Virus record (IMG/VR): IMGVR_UViG_3300044701_002547
Span: 41,676-105,675 of that record
DNA length: 64,000 nt
Direction: 5' to 3' (one strand)
Source of the DNA: a virus
The notes beneath the pieces are model-generated. The model did not search any database, had not been told where the DNA came from, and saw nothing but the letters and a program-made list of their open reading frames with translations. Of the stretch, positions 52,370 to 62,870 are shown one piece after another. Every line of letters starts with the position of its first letter. The first letter of the stretch is position 1. The position numbers and the translations under genes were made by a program.

Positions 52370-52969
52370 ATGTATCCCTCAATTCTTATTGAAGTTGTTA
52401 AGTATTTGAACTCAATCTCCATTGATATTACCGAAAGTCATGAAGACGGACGAGTGAATAGTATTGGTGATGAGCAAACAATCATCAATCTTCTCATCAA
52501 AAAGTATGGTGATAATATTGAAATTCCCAAAGCAAGGAGTTGGTGGGATGTAAAAGTATTTGGATATCCTCTCAATATCAAATCTTCCAAGTATGGATCT
52601 GCTGCTGATAACTTCTCTTCAAAAGCAGCAGTTCTATATGCTCTTACCAATCTTCCAGAAGAAAAAGTAAAAGTAACTTCGTGGAAGAAGTTTCAAGACG
52701 CTCTTCTCAATCACAGTTCTGAAGATAATCATCGGGATTATCATATCTTTTCCCTGAATAAGCAAACCAATCAGGTTCATCTTTCTTCATTGAAGACTCT
52801 CAGTAAGATTACTCCTAATGGCAATAATCTCCCATTTCAAATCAAGTGGCGTGATAACATTCAACCCGTTCAACGTACTCATAGACAAGCATATGAATTT
52901 CTGGTAGAATGCTACAAGGAGTCTGTTCGACGTAAAATTAGTGCCCACGATGGTTTTGAAGAACTTTGA
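52370..52969 (+). CDS. Putative restriction endonuclease-like nuclease
   Basis: E...WWDVKVFGYPLNIKSS (PD-(D/E)XK-like); overlaps the downstream MTase. Confidence 0.55.
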   Translation: MYPSILIEVVKYLNSISIDITESHEDGRVNSIGDEQTIINLLIKKYGDNIEIPKARSWWDVKVFGYPLNIKSSKYGSAADNFSSKAAVLYALTNLPEEKVKVTSWKKFQDALLNHSSEDNHRDYHIFSLNKQTNQVHLSSLKTLSKITPNGNNLPFQIKWRDNIQPVQRTHRQAYEFLVECYKESVRRKISAHDGFEEL

Positions 52970-53756
52970 TCTACATCTAGGAGATTGTCTAGAGATAATG
53001 GATGAGATTCCAGACGAATCCATTGATTTTATTTGCTGTGATCCACCATACGGAACTACTTCTATCAAGTGGGATTCCGTGTTAGATTTCAATAAGATGT
53101 GGGAGCAGTATGGAAGAATCATCAAACCTAAAGGTATGATCTGTTTGTTTGGTTCTCAACCATTCTCAGCACAACTTATTTGTTCTAAGATTGACTGGTT
53201 CAAGTATGAATTGGTCTGGAACAAAAACAAGTGTGGTTCTCCTGGTCTTGCAAAGTATAGACCTATGAAGACACACGAAAATATTCTTTTGTTTGCAAAG
53301 AATGCTGGTGGTACATATAATCCACAGATGGAGAAAGGCGAACCATACTCCCGCACCAGTAAGAATCCAGAAGGATATGTTGGTCGCAAAAACGATCACG
53401 GATATGGTATGAAACCACGCAAATCGTTTAGTAATGAAGGAACGCGGTATCCAAAATCTATTTTGAATATTTCCCGCGATTTCAGCGCCCAACAGCAGGT
53501 TCATCCAACTCAGAAACCAGTTCCTCTGCTGGAATGGTTAGTGAAAACTTATTCCGATGAAGAAGAGATTATTCTTGACAATTGTATGGGATCGGGTTCT
53601 ACTGGAGTTGCTGCTGTCAAGTTGAATCGCAGATTTATTGGAATTGAATCTGATCCAGAGTATTATCAGATCGCAAAAGAAAGAATTGAGTCTGCTGTGC
53701 CAGTTGAAGAACTGGCACAGTTCCCCCAGAATCCCCTGCTGGATGCCCTATACTAA
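52950..53756 (+). CDS. DNA methyltransferase, N4/N6 beta class
   Basis: GDCLE, DPPY, HPTQKP, ILDNCMGSGSTG. Confidence 0.9.
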   Translation: MVLKNFDLHLGDCLEIMDEIPDESIDFICCDPPYGTTSIKWDSVLDFNKMWEQYGRIIKPKGMICLFGSQPFSAQLICSKIDWFKYELVWNKNKCGSPGLAKYRPMKTHENILLFAKNAGGTYNPQMEKGEPYSRTSKNPEGYVGRKNDHGYGMKPRKSFSNEGTRYPKSILNISRDFSAQQQVHPTQKPVPLLEWLVKTYSDEEEIILDNCMGSGSTGVAAVKLNRRFIGIESDPEYYQIAKERIESAVPVEELAQFPQNPLLDALY

Positions 53757-53779
53757 CAAGGTAATCAACGAAACGCCTC

Positions 53780-54208
53780 ATGGCAACCCGCTCTCGCATT
53801 GGTCTTGAACTCTCTGACGGTTCTGTGCTCTCCGCTTATCATCATTGGGATGGTTATCCCGAATGGTTGGGACGCATTCTGAACACTCATTACAACAGCA
53901 AAGATGCTGCTGCCGAACTGATTGACGGTGGTGATATGTCTTGCTGCTGGACTGATGAAATTTGGGACGCAAAACGCGATGAGAATGATGATTGCATCGT
54001 GAAGAAGTACGGTCCAATGTATTACTCCCAAAGGGGCGAAGAATGCCCTCCTCGCCTTGATAACAACATCGGTGAATACCTTTGTGATGGTGAAGAGTAT
54101 GCCTATCTCTTCCGCAATGGTGAATGGGTGTGCTACAATATGAATCAGTTTGAGGATAGCAAACTCCCCGAAATCGTTGAAATCCCCAAAGGAGCACTCG
54201 CAGTATGA
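53780..54208 (+). CDS. Conserved phage hypothetical protein
   Basis: MATRSRIG...YHHWDGYP...EEYAYLF. Confidence 0.7.
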   Translation: MATRSRIGLELSDGSVLSAYHHWDGYPEWLGRILNTHYNSKDAAAELIDGGDMSCCWTDEIWDAKRDENDDCIVKKYGPMYYSQRGEECPPRLDNNIGEYLCDGEEYAYLFRNGEWVCYNMNQFEDSKLPEIVEIPKGALAV

Positions 54209-54429
54209 TTAACTTCATTTCTGGAACCATCTTTGGTATTATTGTTGCAACGATTGGATTCACTCCAGTTGCTGGTGCCCTAGATGGTATGATGCTCAAC
54301 CTACAGAAAACTACTGTAGAAATGAATGCCCCGAAACTGCCTCCCCCCTAGGACAGTTCAATAACTGGCACACAGGGCATCCCAGACGCCTCTGGATGCC
54401 CTATAATACTTTCATACGCAACGAACCCG

Positions 54430-54885
54430 ATGACTTCTGCTTTTCTCACCAAGGACTTCAGTGACTTCTGTGCTCAACGTGATGCCCAGAATACCATCCA
54501 ACTGAATGTTGTTAAGTATTGCTGGCAGTTGTGTGAAGCACTGCGTCAGAACTACATTGACTACAGCATCAAATCTCATCAGCGTTCCCTTGAGCGTGGT
54601 GAGAGCGTTGATTATCACAATGCCTGCATCACCGACCTGAAGAATGGTAAGTGTGATTATGACTTCACCTTTGAGTCTGGTAAGAAATATCACAAAATCA
54701 TTATGAATGCCAATGGTTCGCGCTCGGTTCATGCTTTTGTGGATAAGAAGACTGGTGAGGTTTATAAGTCTGCCAGTTGGAAATCTCCTGCCAAAGGTGT
54801 TCGTTATGACCTTCGCATCATTGAGCAGCGTGAATGGTTGTTTGAGAATGCCGATTGGGCGGGTTCTTACCTCTACGCTAAGTGA
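54430..54885 (+). CDS. Conserved phage hypothetical protein
   Basis: SVHAFVDKKTGEVYKSASWKSPAKGVRY. Confidence 0.7.
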   Translation: MTSAFLTKDFSDFCAQRDAQNTIQLNVVKYCWQLCEALRQNYIDYSIKSHQRSLERGESVDYHNACITDLKNGKCDYDFTFESGKKYHKIIMNANGSRSVHAFVDKKTGEVYKSASWKSPAKGVRYDLRIIEQREWLFENADWAGSYLYAK

Positions 54886-54949
54886 TTATGACTGCTAAAG
54901 ACAAACTTATCTTTATTTCTTCGTTCATTTGGTTTTTGCACTGGGGTCA

Positions 54950-55426
54950 ATGTCTTACATCACGTATTCTGGATATGGTTATTCTAAACTCCTCTGTGAG
55001 GATGTTGCCACTTGGTTTTTGAATAAGTTTCTGCCCCGCCATAAGATTGATGTGGAGATTCTACATCGTGGTTTGAGAAGAGAGGGTGCTTATGGTTATT
55101 GTGATGTTTCAGGAGAAACTCAACGCCCCCGTGAGTTTCTGATTGAAATGAATACTCATATGGATGAAGAGTTGTATATAAAAACTCTTTTACACGAACT
55201 GACTCACCTGCGGCAGTGGGTGGTAGGTTCTCTGCGACTTCGCTACGGAAAAATGTGTTATAATAAAGAATCTGTGGAAGATACGGATTATTGGGATCAA
55301 CCGCACGAAATAGAGGCGCTGGAACAAGAAGAAACACTATATCTGGAGTATATGAGAGAAAAGCACGGTGTTGATTTAGATGATACAATTACCATTACCT
55401 TTACAAGACCAAGACATTTGCTATGA
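54950..55426 (+). CDS. HEXXH metallopeptidase-like protein
   Basis: TLLHELTHLRQ...YWDQPHEIEA. Confidence 0.7.
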   Translation: MSYITYSGYGYSKLLCEDVATWFLNKFLPRHKIDVEILHRGLRREGAYGYCDVSGETQRPREFLIEMNTHMDEELYIKTLLHELTHLRQWVVGSLRLRYGKMCYNKESVEDTDYWDQPHEIEALEQEETLYLEYMREKHGVDLDDTITITFTRPRHLL

Positions 55427-55992
55427 CATTAGACAGTGGAAAACTGATGTATTCGGAAGGTAACAACGATGAGTGTTACACGCCAAATTACGGGGTAACT
55501 CCCATTCTGAAGTATATTCCCAAAGATGTGACCGTCTGGTGTCCATTTGATACGATGGACAGTGAGTTTGTCAAGCAAATCTCAAAGCAAAATGAGGTTG
55601 TATTCACTCATATTAAGTATGGACAGGACTTTTTCACCTACCAACCATCTAAATGGGATGTAATTGTATCCAATCCACCATTCACAAACAAGCGTAAGTT
55701 CTTTGAGCGAGCACTATCATTCAACAAACCATTTGCTCTGATTATGACTAACACCTGGTTGAATGACAGTGCTCCAAAGCAACTCTTCAAGGACAAGGAT
55801 CTGCAACTGCTGATGTTTGATAAACGTATGAAGTTTCATAGCCCTGATGGTCGCCCGAATGATAAGATCACATTCAGCAGCAGTTACTATTGCTGGAACT
55901 TTCTACCAAAACAAATCATTATGGAAGAACTGACTGTGCCACCTTCCAAACTGGCACAACGGTCTCCAAGCGAGGCGGTTTTGCCATTATAA
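55423..55992 (+). CDS. Putative DNA adenine methyltransferase
   Basis: DECYTP, VWCPFD, QDFF, SNPPF. Confidence 0.75.
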   Translation: MTLDSGKLMYSEGNNDECYTPNYGVTPILKYIPKDVTVWCPFDTMDSEFVKQISKQNEVVFTHIKYGQDFFTYQPSKWDVIVSNPPFTNKRKFFERALSFNKPFALIMTNTWLNDSAPKQLFKDKDLQLLMFDKRMKFHSPDGRPNDKITFSSSYYCWNFLPKQIIMEELTVPPSKLAQRSPSEAVLPL

Positions 55993-56022
55993 TTACAAGG
56001 TAATCAACGGACACCACCCCAG

Positions 56023-58769
56023 ATGCTTCCTTCTTACAGTGCCATTTCCTTTCATTCTAAAGAGGAGCACCAAGCGGCACTTTATGATGCCTGCCTGATG
56101 ATTGTCAACACCTACAACGGTTCTGATATGTTGGATGGTTATTCTGTTGATGATGTGACTGCTTATGGTTTTATGAAGTTTGCCCGCAATGTTCTCAATC
56201 AAATTGCCGAAGGTAACTGAAATGATGACTCAAACTGAGCAACAACTTGATGAGTTTTATGATTATGTTTTCTCCTTCTATGGTGAAGGTGGCATCTATC
56301 CAATGGGTGCAACTCTTCCTCTGATTCAAAAAGCAACAAACGACATTATCCAGATTCTTCAAATTAAGAATGAAGAGTTCTGTGGTGATAGTATTGACCG
56401 CGAACTGGTCCGCGATCTGCTGATTTCTAAGTACAATCTTGTGTTCCCCCGTAACTGAAATGGCACTTTCCAACAACACAATCATCAAACTGTCTGAAGC
56501 ACTGTCCAAGGATGTTGCCGATTACATTATGGATCAACCTGAGTTCTTTGATCTGATGGTGCAGTTGATTCCTGAAGCGATTACTGCTAAACTGGGTAAT
56601 GTAGATGATCGAGTCGCTGCTGAATTGTCGATGTGTATTTCCGAACGTCTTGTATTGAAAGGAGTTTGAAATGAAAAAACTATTTGCTCTTCTGCTTCTT
56701 CTTCCTCTTCCTGTATTTGCTGGTGGTCCGCCGTTTCGGTATCAAACAACCTGTTACCTGCAAGCAAATCAAGAGTATCTGATTGATGACTGTGTGGTGA
56801 TTGAAACTCGTGAGAATAATGGAGCACTTCGAACTCGCAATATTTTCTCCAATCGTTTTGGTCTGACAATCAAGTCCCGCTTTGATGAGAAGAAAGGGTT
56901 TGTAACCTGGGATTCTCACAATCAGTTTGAATACAAATGGGAATATAAAGTTGGACAAATTACTGGTGCTGGCGGCACGACGGCATACACTTATGTAATG
57001 CCTGGTCTTCTTCTTCAAAATGTATCTTGGGATTAAAAATGACACAACCAAACTCCAATCTTAAAATTAATGAAGTGCAAGTAAGTCTGAATGTGCACGA
57101 AATTGGTACAATTCTATCTGCCCTGCAAGAACTTAACCTGGCACAGGAAAATAGAATTGCACGGGAATATGGAAGTGTTCCTGCGCTCTATAATAAGTTC
57201 TATTCTCTCTTTGAACATATGGATACTTCACAGACTGGAATTCGCTACGACCTTACACCTTCTTTCTAAAAATGCCAGAAACTCTTACTTCCTTATGGTA
57301 TCAGTACTATCATATCATTCAGCAGGATGCTCCTGAACTGATCGATGAGTATTTGGAAAGCACTGCTGCTCGTCTTGAACTTCCTGTTGATTATTTGATT
57401 TCTGAATTCTTATGAATAATGATATTAAGATTCTACTTGCTCTGGAACAACTGGAGAGCGTGATGAAACTGGTTGAGGGTAATCAGTGGGAAATCTTCAT
57501 ATCCCGTCATTTGATTCCTGTTCGCTGTGAGTTGAGACGCCAGTTGACTTGTACGCAGCACTCTGTTAAAATAAAGAAGTAATTTACACAACACGATGAA
57601 ATATCTGTACATTGTTGACTATTGGGTTCCATTTCCCTCTTCCGAATATGGAGGTTTGATTAATCTAATTGCCGAGTCTGACACGGAAGCATTTGAGATT
57701 CTTTCTTCCGAAGAACAATTTGACGAACGTTATACTGAGCGGATTATGGAGCGAGTTGTCAATGCTCAACGATTTGAACTTGTAGAAGATTTTCAGTCTG
57801 GAATTTTGGAGGCATTTACCACATGACACAACTGTATCGTATTGAAGAATTATTTACGAATGATTGGGAATTAGTCGATCCATCTGCATCAAAACTGACT
57901 AAAGAACAGTGTGATGCTCGTCTTGAATCTTTGATTGCTCAAGGTGTCAATCCAAACTATCTCCGCGCAGTTCCTGATGTTGATTGACTTTCCACATTCT
58001 GCTCCCGAAGGATATTCCTATGAATTTGAAGATCATAATACTCGGGTAGTTGCTATATGGTTGCGTCATCACTGCACCTATAGCTTCGCTGAAGGGAAAA
58101 CTGTTAGATCCATCTGGGGATTTTATTCTTCAAAGAAAAGAGAATACTATGCACCCATCAACTCCTCTAAGTGTGGAGATAAAGTAAGTATCGACAATAC
58201 CACACCGTACTCTGCAATGCAAATCAAACGAACACCATTAGAATCTGCATTTGTATGACCTACTCTCCACAAGTCAATGACTACGTAAAATGGACTGATT
58301 ATGTGGAAGGGTGGGTGTATTTCAAGTGCAGCGACTACATTACGATTGAAGCCTGGGTTCGACCAAAAGATATTGAGAACTATCAAGCCTGTTCTCTACA
58401 TCGCAATGATCGTTTATTAGTTCTCTGTTACAATCATCAGTGGAATCAACTTCATAAGGTAGGATATCGAACTGATAAACATTCTACAGAAATTATCAAG
58501 AAAGAAGCATAAGTATGAAAAAAGGAAAAATGCTCTGGCGCTGGTGGGCGAAGTCATTAGGACAAAAAGCAAGCAACAAAGACTGTGAAGCAGATAAGGT
58601 TGCACTCATTCGCACGATTATCTTTGCCACTTACTTAATCACAAATGCATTTATTGTTGCAGGTGTAATTCGACATTGGAATGATTCAAATGAAGTACCA
58701 AGTACATTATGTCAAGCAGAAAAAGAAAAAATCATCGAAGCAAATCGCAGGCAATTTCCTTACGATTGA
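56023..58769 (+). other. Array of small hypothetical genes
   Basis: Co-oriented coupled short ORFs after the 55935 element. Confidence 0.7.
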
Positions 58770-58905
58770 AGATGCGATTTGGTATGAGAATCAAATCAAA
58801 TCACAACAGGGGCATATAAACGTTGAAATCATACCAGTTCTATAGAGCGTCAGGATAAGATGAATACTCCAATGGCATAAATATTTCTAAAATTTAGAAA
58901 TTCAA

Positions 58906-59667
58906 ATGGAAGCAAAAAACGTTAGAGAACTAATGGGAGCCTATGCTTCCATTTATGAAGAAAAAGGTAAAAAGAGTGACTGTGTAGATAAAGAAGACAA
59001 AGGTGCTCATAATTGCGCTAAGAAAGTCTGCCACGAACAGTTTGGTGAAGGAACTTGTATTTTCGGTCAGCATTCTGTTCCTGATAGTAATGGTTTTGTA
59101 AGTCACTATGATGTAATCTTCGAACACGGTATTGAGAAGAATGTTCCTGTAAGTGAGATGGAAGTTCTCATCAGTGAATCCCATATGAAAGAAGGTCATC
59201 GTTATGAAGGAGAACAACTGGATGAATTCCTTGGATCGGGAGCAGCAACTATGGTTGATCAAGCAACCAAAGCAGTTCAAGGAGGTCTTCAGAAATTAGG
59301 AGTGCCAATTAACAGAACTGTAAAACCACCGACTACTCAAGAACAACAAAAGAAAAGAATTCAACAAAATCAGGATGTAGATCTCTTTGATATTATCAAG
59401 GGTCATTTACTTGATGAAGGTTATGCTGATTCCGAAGAAGCAGCACTCAAGATTATGACTTCAATGAGTGAGTCTTGGAAGGAAAGCATTATTGAACAAT
59501 CTGCCATTGGTGCAAGAGCTGCTAAAGTAGTTGATGATCAGAGACAAGGATATCACGGAGACTCTGATGCAATCAATAAATTAAGAGATGATCTTTCTAG
59601 ATCAATGGGAAGATTGAAAAAAGGTCAAGGACCTGTAGTTACTCCTGGCGGTCTTCCTGGAGTCTGA
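58906..59667 (+). CDS. Late-expressed hypothetical protein (possible head-internal protein)
   Basis: ATAAATA upstream; Glu-rich DLFDIIKGHLLDEGYA segment; terminator downstream. Confidence 0.5.
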   Translation: MEAKNVRELMGAYASIYEEKGKKSDCVDKEDKGAHNCAKKVCHEQFGEGTCIFGQHSVPDSNGFVSHYDVIFEHGIEKNVPVSEMEVLISESHMKEGHRYEGEQLDEFLGSGAATMVDQATKAVQGGLQKLGVPINRTVKPPTTQEQQKKRIQQNQDVDLFDIIKGHLLDEGYADSEEAALKIMTSMSESWKESIIEQSAIGARAAKVVDDQRQGYHGDSDAINKLRDDLSRSMGRLKKGQGPVVTPGGLPGV

Positions 59668-59688
59668 TTTTACTTTTCATAATTCTCC

Positions 59689-59716
59689 AGAGGGTCTTCA
59701 CCGACTCTCTTTTTTT
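59689..59716 (+). terminator. Intrinsic terminator
   Basis: AGAGGGTC-loop-GACTCTCT followed by a T tract. Confidence 0.7.
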
Positions 59717-59717
59717 A

Positions 59718-60455
59718 TTATCCAAAGAACCAGTAATATCCTCTCCAACTAAACCGACCAGGATTCTTAAGACTCTTCACAATACCTGTACCTTTTCCTT
59801 TTTCACTTAATTCACGCACTGCTGCTGCTATACTTTCGAACCGAACTTCAATTAGTTCGGTTTTTTTATTGACACCGAATACTGATTTCTTTTTACTCTT
59901 CTCTTCCATAATCTGCCATTTATGACCATATGCTGTTCCACCAGTTCTAGCAGCAAGTAGTATGTTAGCATTTCTACCAGGATCGCCAGTAATCTCTTTT
60001 GCTGCTATTCTTGCATTCTCATAATCAGTACAGATACCAGTCACTAAGTTCTTACTTCTAATCTTGAGTCCGCAGTGCTTACCATTTCCCCTGTTTTCTT
60101 CTGTTAGAGAACCCCAAGATTTGTATTCCGATTTAAGTTTAATTATTTTGGGTTCAGGTTTAGGTATGGGTATAGGAGTTACATTCTCAATTAGTTCATT
60201 ATATTCAGGTTGATGTTGATCTATCCAATATAATTCTTTATCATTCAATAAACGTTCATCACATTCATCTATCTCTTTAATCATAAAGTTATTATTACCA
60301 TACTTTCTCATCGCACGGTGTAATGGTTTTGAAGACATTTTCAGTGCTTCTTGTATGTGTTGCTGCCACTGTTTGTTCATTCCCTGAGTGGTCTGCCCAA
60401 CGTATTTGTGCCCGTTTTGTTTATTGAGAATGAGATAGATGATTCCTTGTGCCAT
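59718..60455 (-). mobile_element. GIY-YIG homing endonuclease with NUMOD1-like tail
   Basis: GIIYLI...KYVGQT, AMRKYG, ELYWI, EYN; FESIAAA...GYYW. Confidence 0.8.
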
Positions 60456-60640
60456 GTTTATAATAGACTATTCTCTGTATCTATAACACATAACACTTAA
60501 AATATAATAGATAATGTTATGTTTTATAGGGGTAGTGATTTTGGATACAATTAGAGTAATATTTGAAAAAATATATGTTAGTAAATTATAACATTCTCAA
60601 TAAATTATGTTAATGAGAATCAATTAGGTATATTGTTGAG

Positions 60641-60700
60641 AAATGCTTCTGATACCTTGTAAATGCTTGTAAATGCTTCTGATACCTTGTAAATGCTTGT
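60641..60700. repeat. Perfect 30-bp tandem repeat x2
   Basis: AAATGCTTCTGATACCTTGTAAATGCTTGT twice, with 10-bp sub-periodicity. Confidence 0.9.
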
Positions 60701-60719
60701 AGTTCTTGTGACCTAAGCG

Positions 60720-60827
60720 AGCGTACCATAAGACTCGCAGTTTGTCAAGCCACACCGCCGCCCCAGATCCCCAGTCCCACACAGAAGACTCATAATACTT
60801 GACAGACTTATGAGTTCGTGGTAGAAT
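60720..60827. promoter_or_regulatory. Divergent sigma70 promoter pair
   Basis: Minus: TTGACA-17-TACGCT (60748-60720); plus: TTGACA-17-TAGAAT (60799-60827). Confidence 0.65.
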
Positions 60828-61100
60828 CTAGACGAGATACACATAAAACGCAACATCTAGTCTAGAATATCAGCATAAACACACAATTCTAGACGAGATC
60901 GCATATATACTCACATAATCTCGACTAGACATGCAGCATCTAGTACTTGCATCTAGTCGAGATTTGTGCTACACTTCTAGTTCAATCACATCTCGACGAG
61001 CTTATGTACGACGATTACGATCTCGACTATACATACTGCAATGATCATTCTTATGATCTAGACGAGTATTATACACTAGATACACAAGATCTAGATGAGG
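60827..61100. repeat. Array 1 of 11-bp palindromes TCT(A/C)GNC(G/T)AGA
   Basis: Copies near 60827, 60856, 60888, 60919, 60952, 60991, 61021, 61057, 61090. Confidence 0.8.
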
Positions 61101-61156
61101 ATTATGCACGAGATTCACATGATTACGAATCGCTTGCATATCGTCACTACGCATGA
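61004..61156 (+). CDS. Asp/Tyr-rich acidic peptide
   Basis: MYDDYDLDY...; promoter TTGCAT-17-TACACT at 60947-60975. Confidence 0.5.
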   Translation: MYDDYDLDYTYCNDHSYDLDEYYTLDTQDLDEDYARDSHDYESLAYRHYA

Positions 61157-61186
61157 TATAATAATCATACACACACCACAAGACCC

Positions 61187-61336
61187 ATGATCGCACAGAA
61201 ACGCCGAGTATTGGTAACACTGGAGATTGAGTGTTATGATGATCTAAATGTAGAAGATTTAGATTGGAAAGAAATATTAGAACTCGAAGGGGACGAGGAA
61301 GTGCATTCTACTGTCAAAGAGTTCGATCCGTTCTAA
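61187..61336 (+). CDS. Small acidic protein
   Basis: MIAQKRRVLVTLEIECYDDLNVEDLDW...; TTGCAT-17-TATAAT upstream. Confidence 0.6.
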   Translation: MIAQKRRVLVTLEIECYDDLNVEDLDWKEILELEGDEEVHSTVKEFDPF

Positions 61337-62203
61337 GAATGTGACAGTTCTCGAAGTGGCACACACCCCCTTGATATCCTGATCAGGGGGTGTTATGTTG
61401 TGTCAGTACTGAGGAATTCGCCGTGACTGAAGTTAAAGTTCGGGTCGAAACTAACGATGGTTGTGTTACCTTTTGGTATGAGAAGTCCAGAGGTAAGAAC
61501 CCCACCGAAGTTGTCTGCAATCGTGTCACAAACCAGCTGATGGGTTTGAATATCAAACAGGTGAGTGTGACAGTTGCCTAAGTGTCACAAAGGGGGTTGC
61601 ATAGGACCCTAGGACCTGATACATTACATTCGTCGCTGAGATTCCCAATGATTTTCGCCATCTCCAAACTCAACAACTGCACCTATACTCTGGATGCAAA
61701 CAATCAGCGGGTTCTGATGTATGCTCCGCTGCTGCCTGATGGATCCTATGAGACTGCAGGATCTGCCTATGATTGGGTGGAGTGGGACCGTCTGGATGAT
61801 GATATCCTGGAAGAGGCAGATCGGATTCATAAACTGCTGCTGGCGGAGGTGTGACACTCTAAGAACTGGCACAGGGGTGGTTGCGCTTCTGCCGCCACCC
61901 TGTTATTCTACATTCATACCAAACAAATCCAATGACTACCTTTCTCACCAAAGCACAGCGCCAGATCTTGATTGATTGGTATATTGACTGCCTGATTGAA
62001 ACTGAGTCTGAGTTTGTTGATGGAAGTGAAGAAGCAGAGCGTCAAAGTTTGGCGTCGATGAATAACTCTTACTTCTATGAGTATGTTCAGGAGATGATGC
62101 CTAACTGTATGCAAGATCTTGCAAAAATGAAATAGGGTGTGACACTCTGAGAACTGGCACAGACCCCCTTGTGCCCCGCCTGAATCCCTGTTATCTTAGT
62201 TTC

Positions 62204-62283
62204 AGGTTGAGGGGGGCAATAAGACCACCCCGCTGCCGCCCTACGGGTCCACTGGGCATTCGCCTGGCAGCAAACCTCAACCT
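62204..62283 (+). ncRNA. Candidate structured 5' leader RNA
   Basis: AGGTTGAGG/CCTCAACCT closing stem encloses GGGG/CCCC and a GCTGCC/GGCAGC multibranch. Confidence 0.55.
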
Positions 62284-62312
62284 TTCCAACATTCTTTCCC
62301 GAGACCCTACCG

Positions 62313-62729
62313 ATGAGCGTTACCTTGACCGTGAACTACAAAGAAGTCTTCGCTGCTCAAACTGTAGAAAAGATTGATGAATTGCTGGAAGACAACTATG
62401 CCATCGATGACATTCTGGAGTTCATTGATGCTCGTAATGAGGAGGATTTCGTTGCCTTCTATGAAGAGTACGTGACTCAAGGTGAGAATCTGGGTTATGA
62501 TGTTGTGGATGCATTCGTAGAGTATCACGGGATTTCTTACGTAGAGCACACTGGAGATGCCTATCGTGGGCATTATGATTCGGGTGCTGACTTTGCCGAA
62601 GAATACTATAGTGATGTCTATGGTGATGTTCCTTCGTTCCTTGTTGTAGATTGGGAAGCAACTTGGAATCAGAGTCTCTATTATGACTTTGATTTCGTAG
62701 ATGGTTATGTGTTCAGTAGTAGTTTCTAG
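62313..62729 (+). CDS. ArdA-like antirestriction (DNA mimic) protein
   Basis: Highly acidic; AYRGHYDSGADFAEEYY...VVDWEATW...DGYVF resembles the ArdA C-terminal domain. Confidence 0.65.
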   Translation: MSVTLTVNYKEVFAAQTVEKIDELLEDNYAIDDILEFIDARNEEDFVAFYEEYVTQGENLGYDVVDAFVEYHGISYVEHTGDAYRGHYDSGADFAEEYYSDVYGDVPSFLVVDWEATWNQSLYYDFDFVDGYVFSSSF

Positions 62730-62870
62730 TCTAGATCTACACACTATCATACAGATCTCGTCGAGACCTACACACATCTCGACGAGATCATCACATCATC
62801 ATACATCAATCTAGTGCATATGTCAACTAGATACACACATCTAGATCATCACATATACATCTAGATTGCA
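62725..62870. repeat. Array 2 of the 11-bp palindromes
   Basis: TCTAGTCTAGA 62725, TCTCGTCGAGA 62756, TCTCGACGAGA 62777; half-sites at 62810, 62840, 62860. Confidence 0.75.

Noticed and set aside
53696-53719. CRP or NtcA site as the identity of the 24-bp palindrome
   Set aside because: Arm spacing does not fit TGTGA-N6-TCACA or GTA-N8-TAC.
60827-61100. CRISPR mini-array
   Set aside because: Repeats are only 11 bp and degenerate, spacers are low-complexity and uneven, and no cas genes are present.
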